Made by a program: the position numbers and the translations under genes
DNA from: the human T2T-CHM13v2.0 reference genome, Homo sapiens
DNA length: 64,000 nucleotides
Assembly: GCF_009914755.1 (NCBI RefSeq)
Contig: NC_060930.1
Strand: one strand, 5' to 3'
Part shown: one piece after another, positions 14,126 through 29,297 of the stretch
Numbering within the stretch: the first letter of the stretch is position 1
Layout: every line of letters starts with the position of its first letter
The notes under the pieces: model-generated
What the model was told of the DNA's origin: nothing
Database searches by the model: none
The model's input: the letters and a program-made list of their open reading frames with translations, nothing else

Positions 14126-15538
14126 TCAGGCATTCTTTTTCCTTAGTAAAATTTTGTGCAACTCATCTACATAATCACTTAGATTTAACCAAATTAATAT
14201 CTTAACTGAGATCATGGCATTTTTCTCATAAATTGGTAGATCTGAAACACAGAAAATAAGTACATTGTTTTTGCTATTCAAGTACACAACAATTGGGTGG
14301 AATCAGAATATTCAGCAGTACATTGCCTAAATTGGTGTCTGCTCCTAGTAAAAGCTGTGCTTCTGATTTGCTACAGATTTTAAGAAAAGGGTACCTACAT
14401 CCTTCTCTTTAAACTTGTCATCTTTCTTGTAAAAAAAATTATACTCTTCAGAATAAAAAGTTCTGCTTTTACTTCAGTAACTATTACTCTAGTTGGCTCA
14501 TCATTCTCTTCCTTTGTCTCCATCTTTACATTCATTACTGCCACCTTTTGCTTGACTCTGCAATGTTTTATTGGAAAATGGTTAAAACCAACTACAACGA
14601 TAACAACAAAACCCTGGACTACTCTGGGTAATATATTTGCCAAATAAACTGGAGTTTCCAGGGGAAAATGAAAATCCAATCAGGGATCCAGAGATAAACA
14701 AGCCTAACTAAAACACAGCAATCAATTTTCTTGTGAAGGCACTTATTGCTCCTACTGATGGGTCCATTTTTTTTTTCAGACTCAGCCTCCGTCTTCCTCA
14801 CAGATGTATTCTCAGTTCTGCTGCTATAAAACCAAAATGTTGATTCTTGCTATAATTTTGTTGAAATAAATAGGTAAGGAGACTACGTTTCAGCTAATGT
14901 TTTATTAGCTTCATTTTCAGAATTACTAAGGTCATTGTTCCCATGTTGCTGTTCAATATTTGCTAAATATTTATTAGAGTTCTTAAAAATAGATTTCAGA
15001 TCATAGAGTGGGCTTGCATTCAAGTGTTTAACTATCCAGTCATGAACAGACAGTTTAAAGCAGCTAACTGCCTTGTACAGGGATTACCACGGCATGATTT
15101 ACTCATAGTAAAAACAGAAGTGTGAGGCTACTGACTGTCGCTATTAGATTGAAGATTTGAAATATTTTTTCCTCAATTACAGTAATAGAATGAAATGTTG
15201 CCTTGGTTTCCTGGCTGCCTTTGGACTGGTGAAGAAAAGGGCAGTAGTTATTGTTGTTTCCATTTGGCAGTCCTTGTGAAGGCTTACTCCACTACCATTA
15301 CCAAATTCAGAAAATGCTTCTCCTTTCAGAATATACAACCAATCCTTTGAAATCTTTGAAAGCCCATCCCCTATCTGATCAGATTCAAACCCAACATTTC
15401 TACGTGTTGCTTTTTTTTTTTTTACTCTATTCTTCAAAACTTCCTCGTTGGCCACTGAGAACGTTCTCAGCTCTTCTGCTTCATCTTCTTGATTCCAATT
15501 CCTATCTGTCAATTCCTTCTCAGCAATCTTTTGGCCAT
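14126..15538 (-). pseudogene. NUP50: Processed pseudogene of nucleoporin NUP50 (full CDS span; UTR remnants to roughly 13960 and 15620)
   Basis: Translated pieces match NUP50 in order: MAKR, TDRNWNQEDEAEELRTFSVANEEVLKNR...RRNVGFESD, KKIDCCVL, EENDEPTRVIVTEVK, LHKILLRKKNA*. ATG at 15538, TGA at 14126-14128, 1413 nt with no introns, many frameshifts. The symbol is the parent gene; I cannot say which numbered pseudogene this is. Confidence 0.95.
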
Positions 15539-16338
15539 TTTTTTTGAACTTCCATGGTGGCTACCACAGTACTTGATGGATTGTGAAGCCCGGGTGCACA
15601 GGGAGCTACTAGTTTCTGGATAAGTGGGTGGGTCACTTCTGGTATGCTTTCGATGTACTTCCCACATGAAGTGCTTTGTAGTTAGCAAACCAGGAGTTTC
15701 TAACACCATGTCCCCCATGGGCCTCATCTCTCTATGTTGGAGAGTGAGGAGGAGAGCTGTCTGCCTCCCCGAAGACCACTGGAGTTAACAGCACTGAACA
15801 CACTCCATTTTGTAACTCCAAGAGCATCCTACATTTTTATTTGCTAAATCCGCCAACCCTATAGTGGGGATCTGGATATTCCAAGGAAAAGATGAGAAGC
15901 ATCGTCAAGACTGAAAGGACCGACATCACTAGTAGAAACAAGGGGGAGGGTGTTAATTGCCGAGAGAGGTCATTGAGATCCCTACACAATGGAGTCACGT
16001 ATACTTCCCCTTGTAAGCCCCTAGATAGGGGAAACCACTTGGGAAGGGTTTTGTGTTTTTGTTTTTGTTTTTGTTTTTGGATACTAAACTACCTAATTTC
16101 CTGAAAGCAACTGTTTTGAACCGATGTTACTTAGAAGTAGTGATATTGAGTGTTTTCCAGTGAGCAGAAGTTTGACACTCATGGGAAAGTTGAAGTTACA
16201 TTTTAACAAATCAGTTGTGACAGTAAATTTTAATGTGTGATGACTGCCTTTTGGATATGTGTTTACAGTACCAAGATGTGGTGCCAGGATTACATGTAGT
16301 AGGAGAGCAGGGGCAGGAAGCTCCCTTCCCTGCCCCAA

Positions 16339-16366
16339 ACACACACACACACACACACACGCACAC
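16339..16366. repeat. (CA)n microsatellite
   Basis: Read directly from the sequence. Confidence 0.9.
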
Positions 16367-17439
16367 CCCACAGGATGATGCCTTTGCTACTGATGACAGT
16401 CACCAGTGTGGGTCTCTGGATACCTCACCACCACCACTTTCCTAGAAGAGCTAGAGACATCGAACACTATATCCTCCATGGGAGTTTACAAGAGAGGCAG
16501 AGGAATCTCTGCACCAGAGGTGCTTCCATAGATGGTGTTTTAGACAAAAGACAACATAAGACAGGTTTTAGATTAAGTGTGGGAGAGATGATGAGACTTG
16601 TGTTCTGATGGCCTCTTGCAAGACACAACATCCTTTGTGTCAATAGTAGCAGATTCAGTGATAGTATATCTTCAATATGAAGTCTGGAAGTCTGATTTTC
16701 TTTATAATTCTTTACAGTGACTAGCACAGTGATCTATTTAAAAGGACAAATTAGTAAACAAAACTGAATGTTACTGAGCACATATGCTCTGAAAAACAGA
16801 AATTGGGAAATTCCCCTTGGCAAATCTGTTTTAGTGTTGACAGAATGCCTGTGGTCTGGATCTGCCACACATCAGTGTCCTCATAGCTCTTCAAAACATG
16901 TGTACAGGATTCTTCCTGACACACTTCTCAGGAATTGTAGCACTTCTTATTATTAGCAGATTTGGAAACATAACAATATAAAACATTATTTAAATATACA
17001 CTTTGGGACAATCCTCACATATCGAAGAGGTTTTTAAGTAACAAAATAAGTGTTTATTGCAAATTTATAACTGGTTTCCATTATCAAACGGATAATTTCA
17101 GAGCTGCTCAACACAATGTTGTTTTGTCTATAATGTCATTTAAGTAAAACATGACATTGTACTAATTTTTGAAAGCAAGTAAATTATTTCTTACTTCTTC
17201 AAAATGCATTAAGTACTTGATAAATACCAGATACTTGAAAAACATAAAGGTTGCTCTTGAGAGATTTATGGTCTAGTAGGGAAAATCAGTTAAATAAATT
17301 AGGTTAATATATTACAGATGGGAGGGGAGCAGTAACCTGTACCAGCCTCACTCAACCACCCAGACTATGTTCCCCACCTTGCTAAGGGAAAGAGAACTTT
17401 CATTGACACACCTTCATACCTAGAGTCTGTCCTACAAAT

Positions 17440-18160
17440 GAACAAGGCAAAAATATCTGAATAAAAAAAATGAATTAAGCAAATAAACATATAATATACA
17501 AAAGAAAAATACAAATGGCTAATATATAAATCTATTGATATCATTAAGGAGAAACTTAAGAATTTTTAAAATTAGGTCATGTGATAATTATTTAATGAAA
17601 TGTTAAAGAATAAAATTAGTAAATTAGTAATCATGCCTAGTTTTAAGGAGAATATAGAAAAACAGGTGCTTTTCAAAAACTGCTAGTAGAAGTGTAAATA
17701 CATATCACATTTCTAGAAGGTAATATGACAGTACATGTTAAAACCTTGTTATATGTATACCTGTCAATCTAGCAATTTAATTCTTAGGAATTTAACTCAA
17801 AAAAGTAATTAGATATATATATACAAAGATATTATAAGGATACTCCTCGAAGCATATATTATAATAGCAAACACTTGGAAACAACCTAACTATCCAAAAG
17901 AGGAAGATTACTTAAAGAATAGCATTATATTGGTTTTAAAAGCATGGGTTCCGATTCCATCCCTGACTTTCTTACTAGTTGTATGGCATGCTTGGGGGTG
18001 GGCGGGGGGAGAAACAGGGATGTATATCTATATATGTATTTAAAACATGCAGGTCGCATCTGATGGCAGGGAAAATATTCATAATATATAGTTTGTTGGA
18101 AAGCAAGTATTATTGTATAGAATATTTTCATTTACAAAAGTATTTATACACATATACACA
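17440..18160 (+). mobile_element. Ancient L1ME-type 3' fragment
   Basis: aatacaaatggctaata, ctagcaatttaattcttaggaatt, ataatagcaaacacttggaaacaacctaa. Confidence 0.7.
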
Positions 18161-18164
18161 TGGA

Positions 18165-18525
18165 CAATATTGGTTGTCTATCTAACAATCATTCCCTAAA
18201 CCTTCTTACTGGCTAGAAGAGCTCACCTGACACTTTAAGGCTAGAAATGCCAATAACTAACTTTCCCAGATTCCTCTGAATTATGGCCATGGGCATGTGA
18301 CTCAATTTGGGTCAACAGAATTTGAGAGGAGGTATACCTGGGGGCTTGTGGGAAAATTTTTCCTTCCTGAGAAAAAGAATGTTATAAGGAGAAACTCCAC
18401 ATTCTGCCTCTGTAGGAGGCAGTGAGAAAGGTGATGTCTGAGCTTGAGTGACCATTTTGCAACCATAATAAGACAAGCCAAGGAACAAAAGCCAGTATGC
18501 CATGGACACTAGAGCAGCTTAGACA
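18165..18525 (+). mobile_element. Old LTR fragment (MLT1- or LTR33-like)
   Basis: ttcccagattcctctgaattatggccatgggcatgtgactcaatttgg and gaccattttgcaaccat motifs; degenerate. Confidence 0.5.
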
Positions 18526-18526
18526 A

Positions 18527-18912
18527 TGTATTACCCTGCTCAGGCTGCCAGGAAAAAATATAAAAAACTGAGTGGCTTAAACAACAGAAATAAATGTATT
18601 CTCTCACAGCCCTGGAGGCTAGAAGTCCAAGATCAAGATGCCAGCAGAGTTGGGTTTCTTGTGATGCCTTCCTGCCTTGCTTGCTGAGTCCCCTTCTTGC
18701 TGTGTCCTCATGTGGCCTTTCCCCTGTGCATGCACAGAGAAAAGAGCTATCTCTGGTGTCTCCTGCTCTTCTTTTAAGGACACCAGTCCTATTTAATTAG
18801 GGCAACACCTTTATGACCTCACTTAACCTCAAAGGCCTTATTTTAAATATAGACATGTTAGGGATGAGAACTTCAACATATGAACTTGTGGAAAAACAAT
18901 TCAGTCCATAGT
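18527..18912 (-). mobile_element. MLT1A-like MaLR solo LTR
   Basis: gtggcttaaacaacagaaa...ctcacagccctggaggctagaagtccaagatcaag...cttcaacatatgaa...aattcagtccata. Confidence 0.85.
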
Positions 18913-21448
18913 GGACAATAACCATTTAACTAACTATCCTGTGATTACACATGTGTATGTGCCTTATCAATTATATTTATGCTCAGGGCGAAAGTCTGGG
19001 AAAGTCGAAAGCTGGAGTTAGACAAAGACACAAAGATTTAGTTTTCTTTCAATTTCACTTGAAAATAAAAGCATGACTTTATAACCAAGACATAACATTG
19101 CAAGGCAAAAGAACCAGCTCTGTAAATCTAAATATCACACTGTAGTTAACAAATGTTCTTCAAAGAGAAGGCATCCCTATGTGTTGCAATCTATATTTTT
19201 AAAACACACTAAAAATAGGTCAGAAAATCATTTGCACCTGGAGAATATGTAATCTTAACAGTCCCTCCCCACAGATTATAAAATTGTGTCTCTGAATGTG
19301 AAACAGTTTAATAAAATATGTTAACAGTAAGCATACTTTCCTTAGGAATTTGTTCTATTACTGGAAATTATGTAAATAGCTTCCCCTGTTTTTTTCAGAA
19401 TTTTAAAAACTTTATTTACATGTGTCTTCCACATTTTTCAGAGAAAATATTTACTAACAAACTTTGTGGGATTATCTCAACTATTTACATGGCTGTTTAT
19501 TTCTTTTAAAGTTTGCACCATTACACAACTTTACATTCCAATTTGTGAAGTTGTCATACTAATTAAAATAAAATTTGCTATTATACTATTCTCTGCACTA
19601 ATTTTAATGGTGGAAGTTTTGCCACATGAAAGGGACCAGATTTGTCATTAAATTTCAAGATATTTGTAAGCAGAATTTAGTCTAGAAACATAAAAAATGC
19701 TTCTTTTGAAATTATAAAAAAGGCTCAGAAAAGACTTGTGTCATTTAAGTGTAAAATACAGAATCATTAAGGTGTCATTTAAGTCATACCATTTAAGTGC
19801 CTCATATGGAATCACTCATCAGTAGACAGCAGGAGTCCAGAGAGTGACTGAGGGATCTGAAGGATGCAGGTGTGTGATAGGAATAGGGTACAATGTGCCA
19901 GCTGGTACTTTAGTGGCCAATACGTTCTCGTGACAAGCCAGTCATCTCACTGGTCCAATAATTTTTCTTTATTAAAAGAATTTCCTTCTGCTACCTAGTA
20001 AGTGGAATTACTACTGCCTAAGAAAACAGGTCTCCCAGTAGATGACATACCATAAAATGTAGAGAAATTAGAGGGGAAAAATCTAGACAGTTTAAGATAG
20101 TATGCTGGCTTGCACATGTTTGCTTTAGTTACTATTACTGCTAATAGGTGTGTCATCAAACCACTTAAATCTAAAAAAGTCATTTGGTAAAATCACTGAG
20201 TTTTCACTTAAATGGCAAATGAAAGAATTTATATGTATTCTAAAAACCCACGAGTGCTGTCGAAGAATTAAATCAAAGGAGACATACTGTTTTTTGTATG
20301 TGTCCCCCTTTTGGCAAATAGAATTCTAAATGCAAAAATAACTTAAATACTAACTAAAAATGTAAAATTTGTAACTTATTATCACATTAGGTCAAGATTT
20401 GACTTTAACAAAGGAGATGAGATGTTAACAACATTACCAAGGCCAGAGAGCAGGCATCTGGAGTAGAAGTTGGGGCTGGCAAACAAAAAGCACATTTTTC
20501 CTCTCCACATGAAAATACATTTGTAGAATAAGTTCATGAAGAGTCCATATTACTGGATACAAAAGTTGAAGAAGACACATTCTGGTTACAGTATGAATTC
20601 AGTTTATAAGCCTACTCTGATTACAGAGGTATAAGCTATCAAATAGCAACAGATTCACTAAGTCAAAGAAAAAGAGAAAAACTTACTTTAAGCTGTTTAG
20701 TCTTGGTTCAGAATTTCAGCTCATACTTTGGTTAAAAACAATAATTTCAATAAGAATTTTGTGCTTCAACTTTCCATAACTATTTTAATAGGTATATTTA
20801 AATGTAACCCTTAAGTTATTATTACATTTTTTATTCAGTTTCAGAATGTTGTTTGGGGTCTATTAAAAGGTTTCAAAGGCAAATTTATAAGTATTTTTAT
20901 TATGAGAAAGGTCAGCAAATTCACTGAGTTTAAAAGTCTACCATAAATTCATTAAACCATTTTATTCTCCTTTGGTGTTTGGAAAATTCCAAGTAAATCA
21001 GAGTAAATGTAATCACATTTCAGCATCCTTACCTTATGATGGTATAAAATACCCCATAGAACAAGATGTTTTAGCAAAGGATTTTTTTAACGAGAAAAAA
21101 GTAGAAATTCAAAAGAATGAGCAAACAAGCTTGAAAAAATATTATTAGTCTTTATAAAATATTGCAATAAAAATCAGGCTATTTTTATTCAATAAATACT
21201 AAGTTATGAGCACAAAATTTTCTCACATTTGATAATTCTCTTAACTGCAACAATTTGTGTCTGGTTAACAGCTTAGAGGTACGTATTGGTTGAGACTACC
21301 ACAGTTATATTCAGTGGAAAATGGCAACTAAGTATGAAGACTAATAGAAAGGAAGGCAGCTATATTTTACCTTTCACTTATTTTAATTTGTGGATTTATT
21401 CTGATGCATATTCAAGATTTCTAAATCTAGAATTTGTGTCATCACCAT

Positions 21449-21820
21449 GGTATTAGTTTCCTAGGGCTATGATAACAAAATACCATAACCTGTGTGGCTT
21501 AAGTAACAAATTTATTGTCTCATAGTTCTGAGGCTAGTGATCTGAGGTTAAGGTATTAGAAGGGTCAGATTTTTTCCAAGGGATCTGAGAAAGGATCTGT
21601 TCCAGGGCACACTCCTTGGATTATGCGTAGCCATCTTCATGCTCATGTGGTCTTCACCCTATATGTGAGTCTATCTCCAAATTCCTCCTTTTTAAAATGA
21701 TGCTAGTCATATTGAATTAAGCCCACCCTAATTACCTCATCTTTAACTTGGTAAAGACTATTGAGGTACTGGAGGTTAGGACTTCAGCATAGGAAAGAGG
21801 ACACAATCCAACCCATAACA
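21449..21820 (-). mobile_element. MLT1B/C-like MaLR solo LTR
   Basis: tattagtttcctagggct...gaggtactggaggttaggacttcagcat...acacaatccaacccataaca. Confidence 0.85.
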
Positions 21821-22119
21821 ATCATAAATCTCAACATTCATGACTGCAAATATTGGAACATACATGCTTACGAGGCAGGTACTAGAGATCGTCTTTCCAG
21901 CTCATTATGGAAGCAGAGGGTCTTTTCATCCAGGGGAGAACGCTGGCAGTCTTTTAGGTTTTCACTAACACCAAATAATCGTTCCACCTGCTCCTCTAAT
22001 TTCTCAAACTTAATGCACTGTTGTCATTAAGTGATGTGAGATATTTACAGAATAGAAGATGATTTAAAATATATGCTTTGTATGCATTCCTTTTAAAATT
22101 ATAAGTATACTTTTGAATC

Positions 22120-22392
<273 letters not shown>

Positions 22393-24619
22393 AAGTATGC
22401 TCTTTAATCAAGTGAGTCATTGAAGGTCTATCTCAAAGTCCACTCTACCAAACTGATACCTTGGATCTTGTTATATTAACTCCTTGCAGGATGTTGGTCA
22501 CAGACTTACATTTTTATTTTAATCCTCAGTTTATCAAGGTAATATTGGAAGCAGGCCTTTGAGTTTTGATTCTAGATTTACTGAGAAACTACTGTTGTCT
22601 ATTTTTGCTAAGTTTGGTCATTAAGAAAAGAATTTTCTTTGTAAACAGCCAGCTTGTTTTCTCTTCTCTGAAAATGAAAATTACATTAATTTAAAACATC
22701 ATCTTTTTTGCATTGGTTCTCTGTTTTCAGAATGTATGTTTTCAGAACAATTACGTTGAGTTTTATATTGGGCATATTTGTTTTTCTCCTCTTAAATGTA
22801 TTATTGTCTTTTTAAAATAATGTGTGTGTGTGTACTGTCTGGCAAATTTCTCTCTAAAACTTTTTGGAAATGCATGGGAGAAGTGAGTTAACAACTTGAA
22901 ATTTAATATACATGAAAAATATATATATTTTTGTTCTTTATATTTCTATTAACCTGTACCCACATCTATGATGACAAAATTATTCTTAATAACTAAGGAT
23001 AATTAAGACAATTCTATCTGTCCACAGGTCGAATGGTTCTTAGGGTTTATAAATATCTGTTATTTCAACTGCATCACATGGCTGAATGACAAGTACTGGA
23101 TGATTTAAGCAAATGTCACCCCGAAATACTATGGGAATCTTAATAGCCTCCTTAATAGGCATAGTTAAGAACTACCTGTTTTCTTAGCAACATGTGACTT
23201 ACTAAGGGCTTAATTAAAATTGAGTCTGCTAAAGGTATTCTCAGTAACTTTAAAGCTGAGGTTATGCTTCCCTACTGTCAGACACTTGTATTAATTTGCT
23301 GTGAGCAGGGCTATAAGAGAATTTTATATCAAGTCTAAAATCAAGTTCAGAGACAGAAATTTTAAATAATACTCCTTTCATATATTTTATAAATTAATTT
23401 TGTTTGCTTTTATCTGTAGTATCACCAGAATTTGATGAACATTTGAGATTGAACAACATTCTATTCATGTGCATTTATAAGTTGGGTAACACTTAAATTC
23501 CTTAATTTATCTGACTCTCAGAATCCCCCAGATCAGATAATTATACATTCACATCAAGGTTGTTTTTGTTATTAAATGAGTAAAACACCTCTTTCATTGA
23601 TTGATGTATAACTCTTAGACATATTAAATTACCAATTGGGTAATAACCAAGTTCTTATCTTCCCACTTCTGTCCAGGAAAATATTTGATATCTGGGGTAT
23701 TTTAACTTAATTTTTGTTATATAAGCTGAATCAATCAGAGTATAAACTTTAACTCAGAGTTTAGACCAATTGCAGCTTTCTGTCTTGTCTATAAGAATTC
23801 TTTTTCACAAAGGATATTAATCCAGAGTCCTTGCTTACCTAACAAGTTTCTTCATGTTACAAGAAAACCTTATAACCCAATAACTCCCCCCACTAATTGA
23901 TATTGACACTATTCTATCTGCTGGGCCTATTTGCTTGCATTTGATAATTCAATAGCATTTTTCTTTTGTGATAGATGTTTATGCCCCATCTTTCATTATG
24001 ATGTGGTGTTAGCCAATTGCCTGTCTCATTCACCCTCCTTGGGACAGCTCCTGATTTCTTAATCCAAATGGAGCTATGATGCCTGGAAATGAGGCAGATG
24101 AGTTTATGCAGGGATAGGTTACCTGGTTTTGGTCAAAACATTTTAATAAATTATATGTGGATTCCACAATGTTCCTTTCTAAAAATAGATGAAGTCATAC
24201 TCTAAGTCTCAATAGAAAATCTGAAAGTGTAAATTAGGGTGTGAAACTTCTCACACCTCAAGTTATAGGGTATCATATTTTCACAAACCATTCATGAAAA
24301 AAAGACATTATAATGATAGTTTGTATACTAAATGTGTTGATGTAACTTCAGATCTTTGTAGACCAAATAGATCTATGCCAAAATAAAAAGGAAAGGGTAA
24401 CCAAGATCTATGAACTAAATACTTGAATTTTTTTAAGTTAATATATCATGTTCCCCACAGTGTTTACTTAACCAAAATTGGAGAAGCTTGATATCTTGCT
24501 GAATGGCAATAAGATACCTTAATCCACACATGCAATTGTTTTATTCTATTCATATGCATATATCATATTTCCATATATCTACTATAAATAACATTCTAAA
24601 TATAACCCATTCCACTTAA

Positions 24620-24948
<329 letters not shown>

Positions 24949-24985
24949 AAAATGAGTATCTTTAAACTTCTAACCAAAGGAATAA

Positions 24986-25537
<552 letters not shown>

Positions 25538-25889
25538 TGAAGTAAACAACTTAAAAATATTGTGAGTGGGAACAACCAGAGAATGCTGTCAGAGCTTTAA
25601 AAATTCAACTTCATAATCCCATAACACATACTGTAGATCCATTTGGTGACAAGACCATCTGCAACTCCTGGTGCTAACAGAAAACTGTACATGACAAACT
25701 AAGTTTTTGGGGTTTTTTTAAGTACTTTAATCTTATTTTATCCACTTGAATGTCAGTTCTGCTGCCAAAGAAATTTAGCAATTACTCTATGTTGTGATTG
25801 CATTAGAAGCTGCTAAAAACAATAAGTGGATGGTGAATAGGTTCCAGACTAAACTCAGAGCATGAGAATGTACAGAAAATATGCTGTAG

Positions 25890-26217
<328 letters not shown>

Positions 26218-26503
26218 AATAAAAATTCTTGATAGTAAAGTACAGATTTCTTTGTTTTTATTGAGATAAAATATATGCCTATGATTTACCATCTTTATCA
26301 TTCTATTTCATCAGTCTACTCTCTGTCTTCATGGGATTCACTTTTTTAAATTTTTCAAGTAGCAGAATGTTATTACATTAATAATATGTTAAGTAATTTG
26401 CAGTTTTCATTTTTCTTATAGCCTAAATTTATAAAGTTTTAAAATTATCATCTGTATGAAATTATACAAAATAGCAGCATAGGTCCTAAAATCAGCATGT
26501 TCT

Positions 26504-27387
26504 TTAAACAAATTTACAAGAAAAAATCAAACAACCCCATCAAAAAGTGGGCAAAGGATATGAACAGACACTTCTCAAAAGAAGACATTTATGCAGCCAA
26601 AAGACACATGAAAAAATGCTCATCATCACTGGCCATCAGAGAAATGCAAATCAAAACCACAATGAGATACCATCTCACACCAGTTAGAATGGTGATGATT
26701 GAAAAGTCAGGAAACAACAGGTGCTGGAGAGGATGTGGAGAAATAGGAACACTTTTACACTGTTGGTGGGACCGTAAACTGGTTCAACCATTGTGGACGA
26801 CAGTGTGGCGATTCCTCAAGGATCTATAACTAGAAATATCATTTGACCCAGCAATCCCATTACTGGGTATATACCCAAAGAATTATAAATCATGCTGCTA
26901 TAAAGACACATGCACATGTATGTTTATTGCGGCACCATTCACAATAGCAAAGACTGGGAACCAACTCAAATGTCCATCAATGATAGACTGGATTAAGAAA
27001 ATGTGGCACATGTACACCATGGAATACTATGCAGCCATGAAAAAGGATGAGGTCATGTCCTTTGTAGGGACATGGATGAAGCTGGAAACCATCATTCTGA
27101 GCAAACTATCACCAGGACAGAAAACCAAACACCACATGTTCTCACTCATAGGTCAGAATTGAACAATGAGAACACTTGGACACAGGGTGGGGAACACCAC
27201 ACACCAGGGCCTGTCGTGGGGTGGGGGGAGGGGGAGGGATAGCATTAGCAGATATATTTAATGTAAATGATGAGTTAATGGATGCAGCACACCAGCATGG
27301 CACATGTATACATATGTAACAAAGCTGCATGTTGTGCACATGTACCCGAGAACTTAAAGTATAATTTAAAAAAATAAAAAATAAAAT
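26504..27387 (+). mobile_element. 5'-truncated L1PA (about L1PA4/5), 3' 0.9 kb
   Basis: ORF2 C-terminus ([19 protein letters not shown]...[16 protein letters not shown]), 3'UTR and A tail; TSD AAAATCAGCA(T/A)GTTCT at 26488-26503 and 27388-27403. Confidence 0.95.
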
Positions 27388-27607
27388 AAAATCAGCAAGT
27401 TCTACCATTGCTCACAGCTTTTTGTAAACTGAACATGAGGTAAGATAGTCACTGAAATGCATTTTCCCCATCTTATCTGTAGATTATTTAAAAGGCATGA
27501 TGACAATAATGAAATATAGTTAAATACACAGATAACTAAAACTACAAAACTAGTATGACCAAAGAAAAAAAAATTGATTTCTTTTGCACAGAAAGTAAGC
27601 ACTGCTA

Positions 27608-27929
27608 GGCCGGGCATGGTGGCTCATGCCTGTATTCTCAGTACTTTGGGAGGCCAAGGTGGGCAGATCACGCGGTCAGGAGATCGAGACCATCCTGGCT
27701 AACACGATGAAACCCTGTCTCTACTAAAAATACAAAAAAACAGCGGGGCGTGGTGGCACGCACCTGTAGTCTCAGCTACTCAGGAGGCTGAGGCAGGAGA
27801 ATTGCCTGAACCCAGGAGTCGGAGCTTGCAATGAGCCAAGATCGCACCACTGCACTCCAGCCAGGGCAACAGAGCGAGACTCGTCTCAAAAAAAAAAAAA
27901 AAAAGAAAGAGAGAAAGAAAAAGAAAAAA
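27608..27929 (+). mobile_element. AluY-like SINE
   Basis: GAGATCGAGACCATCCTGGCTAACAC and GAGCTTGCA diagnostics; TSD AGAAAGTAA(G/A)CACTGCT at 27590-27606 and 27930-27946. Confidence 0.95.
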
Positions 27930-28739
27930 AGAAAGTAAACACTGCTGATTTTATTAGACATCTATGTGCTTTTATGTAGGACTTCTTGCTATGATCATGC
28001 AATTTATAGCCAGCCAAGAAGCTTGAGTGATGATCAAAATCTTTCTTGTTTCACCTACCAAGCGTTGCTGTTTCACTCGCACTCTGTGAAGCCAGAGGCA
28101 GAATCTTTTTTCCAACTTATCAGTGTAGAGAGGGTACCTTTTCTAAGTCACTGTATGTGATGGCAAAGAAGCCCTATCTTTTGGATCATTTTATTTTAGC
28201 TAAACCCACCCAAAAGTTTCCATTAAGGCTAGTAATTTCATATAATATCAATCTGAGCAGTTTGTTATTTTAAAGCCTTCTGGTATTTTTGTTGTACATT
28301 GAAAACACTTTCAGAATTGCTGAAATAAAATGAGAAATAATACAGAAGGAAATGTATCTATTCTCAAATGGGGGAACATCTCACAATTCATACAAGATGC
28401 ATCAAAGAATTTAAGAAAGATATAATTTAGTCCAAAATGAAGGATGACCTTGGAAGTGTTCCACTAACATTCCCCAGCATGTGGGCACAAGCACTGGAGA
28501 TTAGAGAGGGAAAAGATAGGAAATTTCTATACATCGCCCCATATCCACAGGTCATCTGTGGAGGTGAAACTAGAAGAGACGCCAGGAGCTTACATATTAA
28601 CATTATCTGTTACTATTACTTCTCCTCTAACTTTACTTCTTAACTGACAGCTGTTAGATGTGAAGGTGAGGATGGGTTGTTTGAGAAGTGGAAAAGAATA
28701 TTCCCAAAGCCAACTCTGCAGTTTCAGACCAAAGATAAC

Positions 28740-29297
28740 TTTGGAAGGGGGGTGGGAAACAAAGTGTCCCATGACCACTCACACTTTCAGTGATTCACTA
28801 GAAGGAATCACAGGACTCAGCAGATAATTTTACTAATGGCAAAGATTTATTACAGCGATAGAATAAAAATCAGTAAGAGAAAAGACACAGTGGATTCTGA
28901 AAAAATGAATGTTCAGGCTTCGTATTCTATCTTCCTTCTTTGTCATATAGAGCACATATTCCCTCCATCAGGGAAAATGCAGCAACATTCTGTGTTATAT
29001 TTCTGCTTAGGGGAGCCTGCTTGAGACTAATAATTTAGAATTTGTATTGGGGGCAGCTCAGTAAGTACCTTTTGGCTAGCAACTACAAAAATTCCTGACT
29101 TTCAGAAGGAAAGCAAGTCTTCATTATAAATCACAGTGTTTGCACAATCTAGGAACAGAAAAACTACCTTATCAGCTAGTGACAAAGTGAACATTTTGAA
29201 AGCCAAGTTACCAGATGCTGGCCAAGGGCCAACCATGCAAGCAGACCCTTCTACAGACCTTCTAACCTCAAGTCGGCTGTGTTAACTCTTCTGCACA
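28740..29297 (-). mobile_element. MER21-like LTR
   Basis: ttcagtgattcactagaaggaatcacaggactcagca...aagatttattacagcga...ccagatgctggccaagggccaacc...gttaactcttctgcaca. Confidence 0.75.

Noticed and set aside
15730-16620. Possible promoter/enhancer beside the NUP50 retrocopy 5' end
   Set aside because: No CpG island or clear core-promoter motif; cannot be supported from sequence alone.
20680-21135. Minus-strand GTAAG donors near 20685 and 21032
   Set aside because: No convincing paired acceptor or reading frame.
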